Assembly (NCBI RefSeq): GCF_964188315.1
Contig: NC_135667.1
Span: 8,618,001 to 8,682,000, forward strand
Length of the DNA stretch: 64,000 bases
Direction: 5' to 3'
DNA from: Podarcis muralis
Lineage: Eukaryota
Shown here: positions 1-12,052 of the stretch, one piece after another
Layout of the letters: every line of letters starts with the position of its first letter
How positions within the stretch are numbered: the first letter of the stretch is position 1
Position numbers and translations under genes: made by a program
The notes under the pieces: model-generated
Database searches by the model: none
What the model was told of the DNA's origin: nothing
The model's input: the letters and a program-made list of their open reading frames with translations, nothing else

Positions 1-788
1 TTGTGAGGGCATTTGTCTTTCAATTAAACTTTTTTTATGTGGCTCCTGATCTGAAAATAAAGCTCCATGGGAGGAATAACATTGTGGTGAAACTCCCTGG
101 GCTTTAACGTAAGTACTGTAAGTGGGATCCAGATCTATTTGGAGGGATCCAGAGATTGGATGGGTTGTATTGCTGCAGACAGGGATTGCCAGCACTTCAG
201 GTTGGATGCCACAGGGAGACCTGAGGTTGTCAGGCTGAGGCATTCGGCAGCAAGAGAGGCAGGTATTGAGCTGGAAAACCAAGAAAAAAATCTGAGACAA
301 ATTTTACAACTAGCGGTCTCTTCCAGTGAGAAGGTAAATCCATTCCCACTTGATTCCCCCTTCTCTCAGATGCCCCACAGGCCTAATGACTGTCCTTAGC
401 TACTGTGGACTGCACACCTCAAATCTGTGGTTTGGATGTGCAAGGAGCTTTCCTGACTCTAACCCAGCTGTGTGGTGAGAAACAAGCCCCACTGAATTCA
501 ATGCAACTTTCAGATAATGGGGTATAAGATGGTAGCTTTCACGATCCGGAGCATATTTCTTCAGTTAAAAATGAAGTTGTCACCAAATAAAGGATAAACA
601 GATTTGTTTTATTTATTTTTCGTGATCAGCTAAGGTGAAAAGCCAAAGAACAGCCAGTATGTGAAAGTATCATGCAAAACAGAAATGACCTGTTCAGTAA
701 TGGATTTTCTCTGAACAGTATGATTTTTATTCACTTTGATGTATTAATCACAAATAAAATAATTTCAATTTGAAACAGAATGTGTCCA

Positions 789-789
<1 letters not shown>

Positions 790-846
<57 letters not shown>
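790..846. repeat. (TA)n microsatellite (further blocks at 1036-1075 and 2452-2496)
   Basis: Read directly. A single (TA)n block occupies the orthologous position in paralog F (about 55527-55561). Confidence 0.95.
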
Positions 847-849
<3 letters not shown>

Positions 850-851
850 CT

Positions 852-1031
852 ATTGTTGTTGTTTAGTCATTTAGTCGTGTCCGACTCTTCGTGACCCCAT
901 GGACCAGAGCACGCCAGGCACCTCTGTCCTCCACTACCTCCCGCAGTTTGGTCAAACTCATGCTGGTAACCTCGAAAACACTATCCAGCCATCTGGTCCT
1001 CTGTCTCCCCCTTCTCCTTGTGCCCTCCATC

Positions 1032-1035
<4 letters not shown>
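852..1035 (-). mobile_element. RTE/BovB LINE 3'-terminal fragment
   Basis: Plus strand ttgttgtttagtcatttagtcgtgtccgactcttcgtgaccccatggaccagagcacgccaggc... is recognised as the reverse complement of the squamate BovB 3' end with a (CAA)n tail. It is embedded in (TA)n. Confidence 0.75.
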
Positions 1036-1080
<45 letters not shown>

Positions 1081-1131
1081 GGTTTTGGTGTCCTCGGGTG
1101 TCTTCCCGTGTAAAAGTTGGGGTGTCTAGGC

Positions 1132-1170
1132 GACGTTTCGACGAGGTCTCACTCGTCATCTTCAGGCTGG
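1132..1170 (-). ncRNA. Minimal hammerhead-ribozyme-like motif in the Penelope terminal repeat (second copy at 2329-2367, + strand)
   Basis: Reads ccagc CTGAAGA T GACGAG tgagac CTCGTC GAAAC GTC: CUGANGA and GAAA core boxes, a 6-bp stem II, a palindromic ACGT stem III and a GUC triplet. Stem I is weak. Confidence 0.65.
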
Positions 1171-1222
1171 TGCTTTCGGCTTCTTGTTACTGGAACAGAG
1201 CAGGATCTCAGTGTTTGAGTTC

Positions 1223-2228
1223 CTATAAATACTGTTGAGGGGTGTGGTGTATAGCCTCCAATGTTCTGGGCCGAGAGGAAGTTCCCAGGCTAGTGTGCCT
1301 TTTCTTCTTTTGTTCCTTAGTTGCTTGAGGGATATCTTGAGTGATTTCTTGAGTGATATCCTGAGTACCACTTAGGTGGGTCATTAGGTGTGGATTAGTT
1401 GCTAAAGCCTTTGTGTCTTGACCTCTTGAACTTTGTGAAGAGTTTTTCTGAGAAGATGGCTGTAGTTGTGCTCTGGCTTGGCTTCGTGTATAGGGGCGAG
1501 CTGTGGTTTTGTGGCCTGTGCCAGCCAGATCTGTGTAGGGATTGCAGGGGGGTGCAGCATCCGGAGGTGCCATCATGGTTTGGCTACTGGATGGTGTCTG
1601 TAATTTATCTGTGGAGAGGGTCTGGGTTTGGGTCTGGTGTGGTTGATTGGTGATGGCGTTCTGTGTGCCTCTGGATCTGGTGTCAGTTTTTGTGGGGAGG
1701 GCTAATTTCCAGATGTCTGGCAAGCGGGATGTGTCGTCACGCTTGTTCATGTTGTGAGGGTGTTTCTCTATCTCGATGGCTTCCATGATTATTCTCTTGT
1801 GGTGATGTTCCATGTTAGAGAGCAATTTGGAATCTGCAAAATTAATTTCGTGTCCTGTTTCTTTCATGTGTTGGAAAAGAGAGGAAGTTTTTTCTTCTTT
1901 TTTGACGGCATTCTTGTGTTCTGCGATACGTGCATTTATTCGTCTGTTTGTTTGTCCAATGTACGTGGCTGGGCAGACTTTGCAGGGTATTTCATAGACC
2001 CCTTGGTTTTCCAACTGGATTTTATCCTTGGGGTTTCTGAGGATATTGGCTATCTTTTGGTTGGCGCAAAAGGCTGTTTTGATATTGTGTTTATGGAGGA
2101 TTTTGCTAATTTTATCTGTAGTGCCCTTGATATAAGGAAGGAGGGCCATGCCATTGTTTTCTTCTGTGTCTTGGTTTTTGGGGGGTGTTTCTTTTTGGAT
2201 TAGCTTCGTAACCCTGTTTTGCTGGTAT
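1223..2228 (-). CDS. Penelope-like ORF C-terminal part (GIY-YIG endonuclease plus low-complexity tail)
   Basis: Open frame with the GIY-YIG signature VYEIPC..C..TYIGQT.R....RI.EH. The RT core is absent because of 5' truncation. Confidence 0.85.
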
Positions 2229-2449
2229 CCCAGAACATTGGAGGCTATACACCACACCCCTCAACAGTATTTATAGGAACTCAAACACTGAGATCCTGCT
2301 CTGTTCCAGTAACAAGAAGCCGAAAGCACCAGCCTGAAGATGACGAGTGAGACCTCGTCGAAACGCCGCCTAGACACCCCAACTTTTACACGGGAAGACA
2401 CCCGAGGACACCAAAACCTGCATACCTATACCCGTGAAAATCTACGAAA

Positions 2450-2499
<50 letters not shown>

Positions 2500-2516
2500 A
2501 TTTACTTTATTTGCAG

Positions 2517-5500
2517 TATGGTGACAAAATTCTATCAGCACGTCCTTGCATTGGCATTTGCTGTGAAAGAAGTCAATGAGAATCCCAACATCTTGCCCAA
2601 CATCACACTTGGCTTCCACATCTATGACAGCTATTATGATGCAAGGATGACCTACCGCACGACTCTAGACCTCCTCTTCAAAATGAGGACATTTGTCCCC
2701 AACTACAAATGTGACACCCAGAAAACCCTCATATCCACCATTGGAGGACTTGGCCATGACACCACCTTCCATATAGCAGACACATTAGGTCTCTACAAGA
2801 TTCCACAGGTAAGAGGTATGAAGGGGCCAAAGGTAATCTTTTCTTCCTGCCTCTGTGGGTTGCTTCCATGTTTGTTCTACACAGAGCAGACCTATTGGGA
2901 AGTATTCTACTCTGTAGGTTTACTCAGAGCAGACTCAACAAAATTAATGGATCTATCTTAGTCCTGATCATTAATTTAAAATTGCACACAAGCCTACATC
3001 TTTAACCCATATTCCTTTTCCTTTTTTCTGCTTTATTTCTAGGGATGTGAGACTGATCTGCTCACAGCTCAAATCAAAATGTGCAATTAGAAAAAGGAAA
3101 GGTTAGACTTTGTTGAATAAAAAGCAAAATGGTCATGATGATTACTTTAAAATTTAGTACAATTCTACCTCTTTATCCCATCTTCCCTGGACATTTTTCT
3201 TCGTTATTTCTAGGCGTGCGAGACTGATCTGGTCAATATAAAATCAAAATACGGAATAAGAAAAAAGCTTTGAATGAGCCCTGACTGGAAGAGTCATTTA
3301 TAAAACCTGTCTATCATCTAACTATCTAACTGTCTGTCTATCTATCTATCATCTATCTCTATCTCTATCTATCATCTATATAGTTCAACAGATACTTGTT
3401 GAATAAAAAGCCAAATGGTACAGGATGAATTATTTCAATATAATATATGTGCATTTTCTTTTAGTTTGCATATGGTTCATTTCCTGCAGTGGAGAGTGAT
3501 ACAAGTCAGGTTCCTTCCTTTTACCGCATGGTGCCCAATGAAGCCCAACAATTTGTGGGGATTATCCACTTGCTTAAGCATTTTGGATGGACGTGGATTG
3601 GACTCCTTGCTCTGAATGATAACAGTGGAGAACATTTCTTGCAGACCCTGGAGCCATTGCTTTCTCAAAATGGAATTTGCTCAGCCTTCACACAAAAAAT
3701 CCCAAAACAACTCCACATTGATAATGTGGATGAAATGCATGATATAGCTTTAAATATGTACGTACAAATCAGAGATAATAAAGTCACTACATTTATTGTT
3801 TATGGAGAATCTCTAGCCATTATAGCACTGAGAGCTATCATATTTGTGCCAGATCCTACAAATAAGAAAAACACATCATTTAAAAAGGTATGGATCTTTA
3901 CAGCACAGACAGATTTCATATCTATGGGTCTTCTTAAGGTTTGGAATGTTCTGCTCTTCCAGGGTTCCCTTTCCTTCACAATCCACTCACAAAATCTGCC
4001 CGCTTTCAAGGAATTTCTTCACAACATAAAGCCTTCCTGGACCCAGGGAGATGGTTTCATCAAAGGCTTCTGGGAGCAAGCATTTGACTGTATTCTTCCC
4101 AATTTTGATGCACCAATGGAAGTCTATGGTATGTGTTCTGGGGAGGAGAGATTGCAGAGTCTGCCAAGGTCTCTGTTTGAAATGGGCATGACTGGTCACA
4201 GCTACAGCATCTATAATGGTGTCTATGCTGTGGCTCATGCCTTACAGAACATTCACTCACCTAGATCCAAGCAGAGAGGAATGGGGAAAAGTGAAAGATT
4301 AAAACTTCAGGACCTGGAGCCCTGGCAGGTAATGTACTGAGAATGAAGAGAAGCAAAAGTCATTTTCTGCATGTCCAGAGCAGAAAGCTTTATATATCCT
4401 TGGATAATAAAACTTTTCTGCTTGGTTGTCTAAGAGAAGTTACTCCGGAAAATGATCCAGAAATAATTTTCAACCTTATAACTCCTACTAAGAATACAAT
4501 GACTAAGAATATCTGAATGGATTGAGGAAAATTTTGTCCATAGTTACTTTCATTACACTAACATTTAAACCTTAAGGGGGGTTGTGCATTTTTTTGTATG
4601 TTTTGGAATAACAAATTCAATTATAATGTCCAAACTTGTCCTGCTTTCAGCCTGTTTTAATAATATTTATTTGGGCTCCTTATTTTGAGTTTGTTTTATT
4701 TACTAGGAAAAAAAAATTAAAAAACAAAAAAAGACTTGGTTGCATTATGATCCAGAGGTGCTGTTGAAATGCTCTTGCAGATCATATACACTGAAAAGGA
4801 TTGATGTTTTGCGTGTTGAGTCCCACAATGCCACCCCCCAAAAAATTCACACCAATTCACACCAATTTTTGTTTAAGGTTTTTGGCATAATTTTGGCCAC
4901 AACTTTATTCAAAATACAAAAAAATGTGAGTGGTTGCTTAGGCATTGGTTATGACTATCTGTCCTTGCCCTCAAGGACAGAGCTGGCCCTTCCGGACACC
5001 AGCGGAATCCAGCGTGGGAAACAAGTATTGGGTGAGGAAATGAAGCTGGGCAACAGTCCCTCACTTCTCACCCTCATGTTCCTGTGGGGCTTGCACGGCC
5101 CAAGTCCGATGCCAGGGACAAGGACGAAAAGAATGGCAAGCCCCTGGATTCCTTTAACGGAATTCCCTTTCCGCATCATTTGGAGGGGTAGGCACTTACC
5201 CCTCCAAGTACCAATTTAACCAATGCCTAACCGCCAACCTTACAAGTTGTGACGATTTGCTACGCAGTAGGCAAAAACCAAATGGCACCTGCCAATCAGC
5301 CAGATGGCAAAATTCCTACCAGGCCCCCGCTCCAAGGCGGACGACCCCATGACAGGCATAGCAAGGTCAAGCGATCAAGAAAAAACCACCCTATTAAAGG
5401 GAGGGAGGGCGGGTGATCCGATGCAAAACGGCCAAGAGGACATCCAACGTCTGGCCCCTGTATTTAAAGACTCTGACCCCTCCTCCAAATTGGCTACAAT

Positions 5501-8500
5501 CAAAACTCCCCAACAACCCAATTTTAACCACTTAAAGGCTTGGGTTCCTCACCAAATCTGCACAGTAATGTGAGGGTGGCTTGTTCCCCCAACCGCAACA
5601 CGTGCTCTCTGTTAGGGAGAACACGCTTTCCACAATACAATAATACAACAGCTCTAAAAACTACAAACAAAACAACTAGAATACCAATAATTCTCAGCCC
5701 CCACCACCTACAAAGGATAGCAGCCCTTTCCAGCTCTCACCTGTGATCCCTTTGCAAATCATGGCATTTTGTTCAAAAACTCCAACAAGTTATTTTTTTA
5801 TTTTACTCTCTTTTCTCTCTTTATTAGCTCCACCTTATTCTTCATGACATTTCATTTAACAACTCAGCTGGAGAAATCGTGTCCTTTACTGATCAAAGAG
5901 AAATGGGAGGTGGCTTTGACATCATGAATACTGTCACATTCCCAAACAGGTCCTTCCTTCAAGTGAAGGTGGGATGGGTCGATTCTGATGCTGTTGATGG
6001 AAAAGAATTCATCATTCATGAGGACATGATTATGTGGCACAACGATTTTAACCAGGTCCGAAATCTAGGGTTTTCTTGTGCGCCGCACATTCTCCAGATG
6101 TGTCATTCACATTCTCCAAATAACCCTTGATGTTAAATTGTATGGGTTCATTGAAACAGCTGAATCCTGATTTAAGAGACTTATACTATGGCCTCAAGCC
6201 TGTGGGGCAGAGAATGGATGCATTTCCAGGTTGACTTGTTTCACTCACATGGAGTCTTATGCCTCAAAAATTTCCTAAATACTGACAGGTTTAGGAAAGT
6301 GTTAGAAGCATTGAATATTTGCCACGCGTCGGCTTATCCATATACAGTTTATAATTTCTTAAATTTAGAGTTATTAAAATAGCCTTAGTTTACTCCATAT
6401 ATAAAACAAATGGACCAATAGTTCAACTTGATATGAATCAACTGTCCTGTGAAAATGTTTATGAGAGGTCTACTTTCTTATTTGAAGTTTAGAGGCTGAA
6501 AGTTTCTTTCAAATACTCCTTCCTTCTGAAATTGTTTCCTGTTCATAGGTGATGCCTGTTTCTGTATGCAATGACTGCTGCCTCCCAGGTAATCAGAAGA
6601 AAAGTAAGGAAGGACAGAAATTTTGCTGCTATGATTGTACTCCATGTCCAGAAGGGAAGATTTCAAACCAGAATGGTAAATAACATTTTTCATTGTAAAA
6701 GATTAGCAAATATGTGTTGAAATGAATTTAAATACAATGTTGTGCATGTGACCACACTATCTTCTTTGGAGTGGTGTGAATATTTTGTTGCTACTTTCCA
6801 GTAACTTCTCATCAAAACTTTAAAAAACTCATAAGCCTGGTAAAATCCCATGCGTTCAGACCTGAAAGTAGGCCCCAGAAAATGACATAATCTAAGTGAA
6901 CACATAATTTAAGTGAACCGGTCAAGTAATACAGTGGTGCCTTGCAAGACGAAAAGAATCCGTTCCGCGATTCTCTTCGTCTAGCGGTTTTTTCGTCTTG
7001 CGAAGCAACCCTATTAGCGGCTAAGCGGATTAGCGCTATTAGCGGCTTAGCGGCTATTAAAGGATTAGCGGCTAAGCTGCTAAAAGGCTATTAGCGGCTT
7101 AGCGGCTTAGAAAAAGGGGGGGAGCGGAAAAAAATCGCAAGACTAGCAAGACGTTTCATCTTGCGAAGCAAGCCCATAGGGAAAATCGTCTTGCGAAGCA
7201 ACTCAGAAACGGAAAACCCTTTCGTCTAGCGGGTTTTCCGTCTTGCGAGGCATTCGTCTTGCGGGGCACCACTGTAAAATGGTCCAGAAGTTGCAGATTG
7301 GAGTATGTTTGTGGCTGGAATGAAATGTCCATCTTGGGTGGAATTAGGGCAGAACTTTATTCATTATGCTTCAGGTCAGAGGGGATGGCATGGGACTATG
7401 GTGAATATAGGGTCCTGATTCCAATCAGCACTTGCTTTTTGAATTGCATTCCACTTGATGTTCAACACCCTTCAGAGCTTAACAATGTTGGACTTGTGTG
7501 TATGGCAAGACAAGCATCCAGGTTCCAAGCAGGCAACTGTGGGAGGGGTTAAGGGAAGCCTGGGCCTCATCTGACCAAAGGACATGCTTTGCTCCTACTC
7601 TTTGCAAGAAGCTTTATGGTCTACTAATTTTGTTGTGACTCTGCCTATTTGATTTTCTGTTTTAGAATGCCTAACACTGTGTACTACCATGTACAAAAGG
7701 AAAGGTGAAAACTTCCTAAACCAGAGCAATTAAATATGGGAGTAAAATACATTTTTGTCCCAATTTACTGTTGGTTCAAGAAATCAAGTTTCCACCCATT
7801 CTGCCATTCTGGTGCAATCCTGGTGCAGCTTGGTTGCCTAAAATGGTTTAAACAAACCTGTCAGATTGAGCAGAAAACTCAAAGAGTAATTCAACTATAC
7901 AACCAGCTCCCTAAAAATCAGAAGGTTCAGAACCACAGGAAAAATAATTATTAAATAGCAGGCGAAAAAACACGCCACATGAATCAAAACTGGAGTTTAA
8001 CCTTGTTCTACTTTTCAGACATGGCTGACTGTTTCAGATGCCCAGAAGATCAGTATCCAAACAAGAAGAAAAATAGATGCATCTCCAAAACAATAAGCTT
8101 TCTTTCTTATGAGGAACCCTTAGGGATCGGCTTGGCCTCTGTTGCTCTTCCTTTTTCCCTGATCACAGCTTTGGTACTAGGAACTTTTATCCAACACAGA
8201 GACACTCCCATTGTCAAAGCCAACAACAGAGATCTCACCTACGCTCTCCTCATTGCCCTTCTACTCTGCTTCCTCTCATCTTTTCTGTTTATTGGACGCC
8301 CTGGGAAAGTGACCTGCCTTCTTCGGCAACCAACTTTTGGCATCGTCTTCTCTGTAGCAGTTTCCTGTGTGTTGGCCAAAACCATCACTGTAGTTGCAGC
8401 TTTCATGGCCACCAAGCCAGGCTCCAGTATGAGAAAGTGGGTGGGGAAAAAACTGAGCAACTCAATTGTCCTTTCCAGCTCACTCATTCAAGTGATTATT

Positions 8501-8920
8501 TGTAGTGGCTGGCTGATGATCTCTCCCCCATTCCCTGCTTTAGACATGCACTCGGTAATGGAAGAAACCATTGTGCAGTGCAATGAAGGCTCAGTGACCA
8601 TGTTTTATTGTGTCTTGGGCTACATGGGCCTCCTGGCCATTGCCAGCTTCATTGTGGCATTTGCAGCTCGCAAATTACCAGACAGTTTCAATGAAGCCAA
8701 GTTCATTACATTCAGCATGTTGCTGTTCTGCAGTGTTTGGCTTTCTTTTGTTCCAACCTATCTGAGCACCAAAGGAAAATACATGGTGGTGGTGGAGATC
8801 TTCTCTATCTTGTCCTCCAGTGCTGGATTGTTGGGCTGCATCTTTGCCCCTAAATGCTACATCATTGTTCTGAGGCCTGAGTTGAACAAAAAGGAGCAAA
8901 TGATAAGGAAAAAGATGTAA
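2517..8920 (+). CDS. V2R: Vomeronasal type-2 receptor gene A (exons 2-6; exon 1 lies upstream of the window)
   Basis: Exons: 2517-2808 (292 nt, [15 protein letters not shown]...YKIPQ), 3465-4328 (864, FAYGSF...LEPWQ), 5828-6055 (228, [16 protein letters not shown]...FNQ), 6549-6675 (127, Cys-rich [14 protein letters not shown]...FCCYDC), 8019-8920 (7TM, ending FAPKCY). All boundaries AG/GT, phases compatible, no stops seen. Confidence 0.95.
4814..5745 (-). mobile_element. Probable LTR-like insertion in intron 3 of gene A (ends unresolved)
   Basis: Absent from the homologous intron of paralog F, where homology stops near 4800 and resumes near 5752. The minus strand has AATAAAGTTGTGGCC near 4895-4909 and ends in ...CAACA at 4814. 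No clear TSD. Confidence 0.45.
6932..7274. mobile_element. Tc1/mariner (Tigger-like) MITE
   Basis: TIR cagtggtgccttgcaagacgaa / ttcgtcttgcggggcaccactg (2 mismatches in 22), flanked by TA. Internal ttagcggc repeats. Confidence 0.88.
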
Positions 8921-9540
8921 ATTGCTTCTTTTTTCTTTATCTTATTGCATTGTTATATATGAAGGGTTTAAGTATAAAAGTGGTTACTTTGGGTCCCTCC
9001 TCCATGGTGATAATCTATTGTGAGATCAATTTTTGGAAAGTTTAGCTTTGTGAAATAAAAACAGAGGTGAGGAATGTCTGGCCAGTAGGCCCTATTTTGC
9101 CCAATTCCCAGGCCATTCCTGGCAAACCATACCCACCTTCTTTACAACTGACATCATATATGTCTTCAAAGTAACAATTAGGAGCTTAAAGTGAGTTCAG
9201 TTTTTCTCTTCTCGGAGGGTCTTCCTGGAGGGCTGCTTCCAGTTATCCCAGCCCCTGCCTTTGAAACTCTTTTAAGAAGGTTCTGCAGGAGAAGGACTGT
9301 GAGGAGCATCATAAGAGTGGTCTTTCTAGGAGTATTTGAAACTACTCTGTTCCTTGTTAAGTTTGCTGTTGCCAGGAGATGTAATGTTGAATCATGTAAT
9401 CTTGTTGTTTTATAGTCCTCAGACCTTGCTTTTTGGGATGTTTGCTATTATGGAGTTTTGTTACTTTATTCTGAAATTATTCTATGACTGATTTTCAAAT
9501 ATATTCCTTCATTATTCAGTTGTACCACTTTGTCCCCTTT

Positions 9541-9700
9541 TCATAGAACCATAGAATCATAGATTTGTATAGTTGGAAGGGTTCCTGGGGCCCGCCACCT
9601 TCTGAAGGAGTCCATTCCTCTGTCAAACATCTCTTACCATCATAAAGTTATTTCCAATGTTTAGCAGGAATCTCCTTTCTTGCAGTTCCTATCTGAACTA
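9541..9700 (-). mobile_element. Degraded CR1 LINE 3' fragment
   Basis: catagaaccatagaatcataga...gttggaaggg resembles the reverse complement of the CR1 3' octamer-repeat terminus. Confidence 0.5.
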
Positions 9701-10174
9701 GGTTGTGTGTGGCAGGGGAAAGCGTCATTTTAATGATAATGATGGGAGTCCACCTTGCTCCAATAGGGGGAGGCAGCCTTATTCAAAACTCCTATTGAAA
9801 TGGATTGAGGCGGGGGGGGGGCTCCATTTCAACAAGAGACACTCCTTCTACCTCCTAGGACAAGCCTCTTTGGAGCTATGCCTTTAAAGGAAACATTGAC
9901 TTGTGATGTCCTATGACTGACAGGTTGGTGGACCCATACACCTATCAATCTTTGGCTCCTAAGGGGTGGAAGAACAAGCAGTCTGGCCAGCTGGGGGGAA
10001 ATGTACCCGACTCCTGCACTAGCACAAGAAACTCAGCAATAAGGATGGAGTTTTTGTGGTTAGGAAAACAATGGACAAATGCATTGGAACATGTAGATTG
10101 AGTGATGGCTTTGATTTACTTTGCATTGACTTATTAATATGTATATTATTTGGGTGCAATTTACCTTATATTAT

Positions 10175-10547
10175 GGGACGTGGGTGGTGCTGTGGTCTAA
10201 ACCACTGAGCTGTGGGCTTGCCGATCAAAAGGTTGGCAGTTCAAATCCCCGCAGCAGGGTGCGCTCCCATTATTTGGTCCAAACGTCTGCCAACCTAGCA
10301 GTTCAAAAGCACCCCAATAGGTAGATTGATAGGTACCACTCTGGGGGGAAGGTAAACGGCATTTCTGTGCACTGCTCTGGTGTCGGTATTCAGAAGCGGC
10401 TTAGTCATGCTGGCCACATGACCCAGAAAAACTGTCTGTGAAGTGGACAAACGCTGGCTCCCTCGGCCTGTAAAGCGAGATGAGCGCCACAACCCCAGGG
10501 TTGTTCCCGACTGGACTTAACTGTCAGGGGTCCTTTTACTTTTACCT
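10175..10547 (+). mobile_element. Sauria SINE (older subfamily)
   Basis: tRNA-like head gggacgtgggtggtgctgtgg...ggcagttcaaatccc, Sauria body, and an (ACCTTT)-type tail. Confidence 0.88.
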
Positions 10548-12052
10548 TATATTACTCTGTTGTATAATACTGAACTATATTTGCTTAAGCAAAGAAACAT
10601 GCAGGCGTGCCAAATTGGGACAAACATTGGGGGAGGGGGCCTTGCATGATGTCACATGCACGATGCCCCACCCCCGCCGGGCCAAGCCTTCCGGGATGCA
10701 TAGGAGTCTTTTTGACATGCTCCATGCCAGTATTCATGGGCATCCCCACCCCCTGGCAAGAGGCCCAAAATGGACAGCCATCTCCTGGGACAAGCACTTA
10801 GTGGAGGGGCAAGTAGGTAAGGGGGCAGGTGAAGCCTAGTGTTCTGGCACCAGAAAGACTGAAAAAGAGGGCAGTGAGAGTGGTGGGCTTGACTCAGCAA
10901 GCCAGCCAGGAGGGGAGTGAGGTTAGCGCCCCAGGGACAGCATGGCATCCATCCTGCTCTAGCTGGATCCACCAGCTCCAAGATCCCCCAGGCGGCTTGG
11001 ATCTTTGCTTTGCAGAGAGCCCTTTGCTGCCAGCCTTTCAACTAAGGAGCTGACTCTCTTGCTCCGTTTTCCCCCTGCGTACAGGCCGGCCGGCCGGCGA
11101 CAGCAACAGCAGCAGCTCAACTCTGCTCCAAACAACTTTGCATTTCCAACAGTTTTTACAATAACACAAATATCTGCATAGATGTTTCTCTCTCTCTACT
11201 CACCTCCTCTCGATGTGAATTGTGATTGCAAGGGGAGCCACAAAGATGCACAAACTCTCATCTTCCTCTCATTTTCCTACCTCTCTCTCCCCTCTTCATG
11301 AGGGAAAGGGTCTCTGCGAAATCCCCAGGAACTGGTTAAGGGCACACTGCAAACTCAGGGCTGACCTGAAGGGAGCTGGGCTGCAGGCTAAGTCAATCAT
11401 GGGCAAATCGGTAAATAAGTCATGGTGGAGCCCCCTGCACCTCTCCAATACATTCCTATACAGTGGAGGCTAATAAACCAAGACAGCTGTGTTTTTATGC
11501 AGCTCCCCTCACAAGTTTCTTTTTGAAGGCATTCCTACAGTTATAACAGACCTCCACACACATACAAACACACCAGGCAAGGTTAACCCCTAATTCTGAT
11601 TTTACCCTGCAACCCTCCCAACCCAACCCAGTGGGCCAGCGTTTGCCGAGGGGCAGTGAGGGATAGCGGTCCCCTCAGTAATGGGCTGGGGGCTCATCCC
11701 CTTGCCTTGAAATATGGAGGGAATTGAAGCCCCTTCTGCCCGCTATAGCTGGCACTCCTGATAACATTTTAAGCAATATTAATGGACCACAACACTATCT
11801 TGAACCCTTAATTCTTTTTTGGCTAATATGGAGGGTAAGTATACACTCCCCTGAATGGGGTGGCTCTTTCTGGGATAATCTAAGATGGCACTTTAATCAA
11901 TGAACAAAAAATTTGATACATCATCAGCACTTTTAATTTTTTAACCTTAGCAGGGTAATTTATGTCACACAAATTGAACAGCAAAAGAAATGGAAATAAA
12001 TGTCCAGGTAGGCCCACAAAATAGAAAACGTTTCAGCAGGATCCAAGACAGT

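Larger units (their letters stand above)
1075..2451 (-). mobile_element. Penelope-like retroelement, 5'-truncated with an inverted copy of its 3' terminal repeat
   Basis: ORF 2257-1223 contains the RT-thumb/linker LPYIKGTTDKISKIL and a GIY-YIG nuclease (GVYEIPCKVC...YIGQT...RIAEH). 1075-1270 and 2229-2424 are a 196-bp inverted repeat with one mismatch seen. A 27-nt extension occupies 2425-2451. Confidence 0.92.

Noticed and set aside
891-1238. ORFs containing IYIYIY runs (also the N-terminal part of 2434-2961)
   Set aside because: These are translations of (TA)n microsatellites. The true exon 2 starts at the AG acceptor (2517).
6990-7110. Regularly spaced ttagcggc repeats resembling a CRISPR or iteron array
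   Set aside because: Vertebrate DNA. These are short internal subrepeats within a TIR-bounded MITE, with no unique spacers.
7979-8018. ATG-initiated N-termini on the ORF-track 7TM ORFs (also 19713, 31721, 41318, 50471), suggesting single-exon GPCRs
   Set aside because: The extensions are intronic polypyrimidine tracts ending in ttcag|A(C/T)ATG. These ORFs are exon 6 of V2R genes.
9185-9540. Possible L1 ORF1-like fragment downstream of gene A
   Set aside because: Too degraded to identify any motif confidently by eye.
10600-11120. GC-rich segment with multiple overlapping short ORFs
   Set aside because: No splice-compatible exon, domain or terminal repeats identified. Not supportable as a gene.
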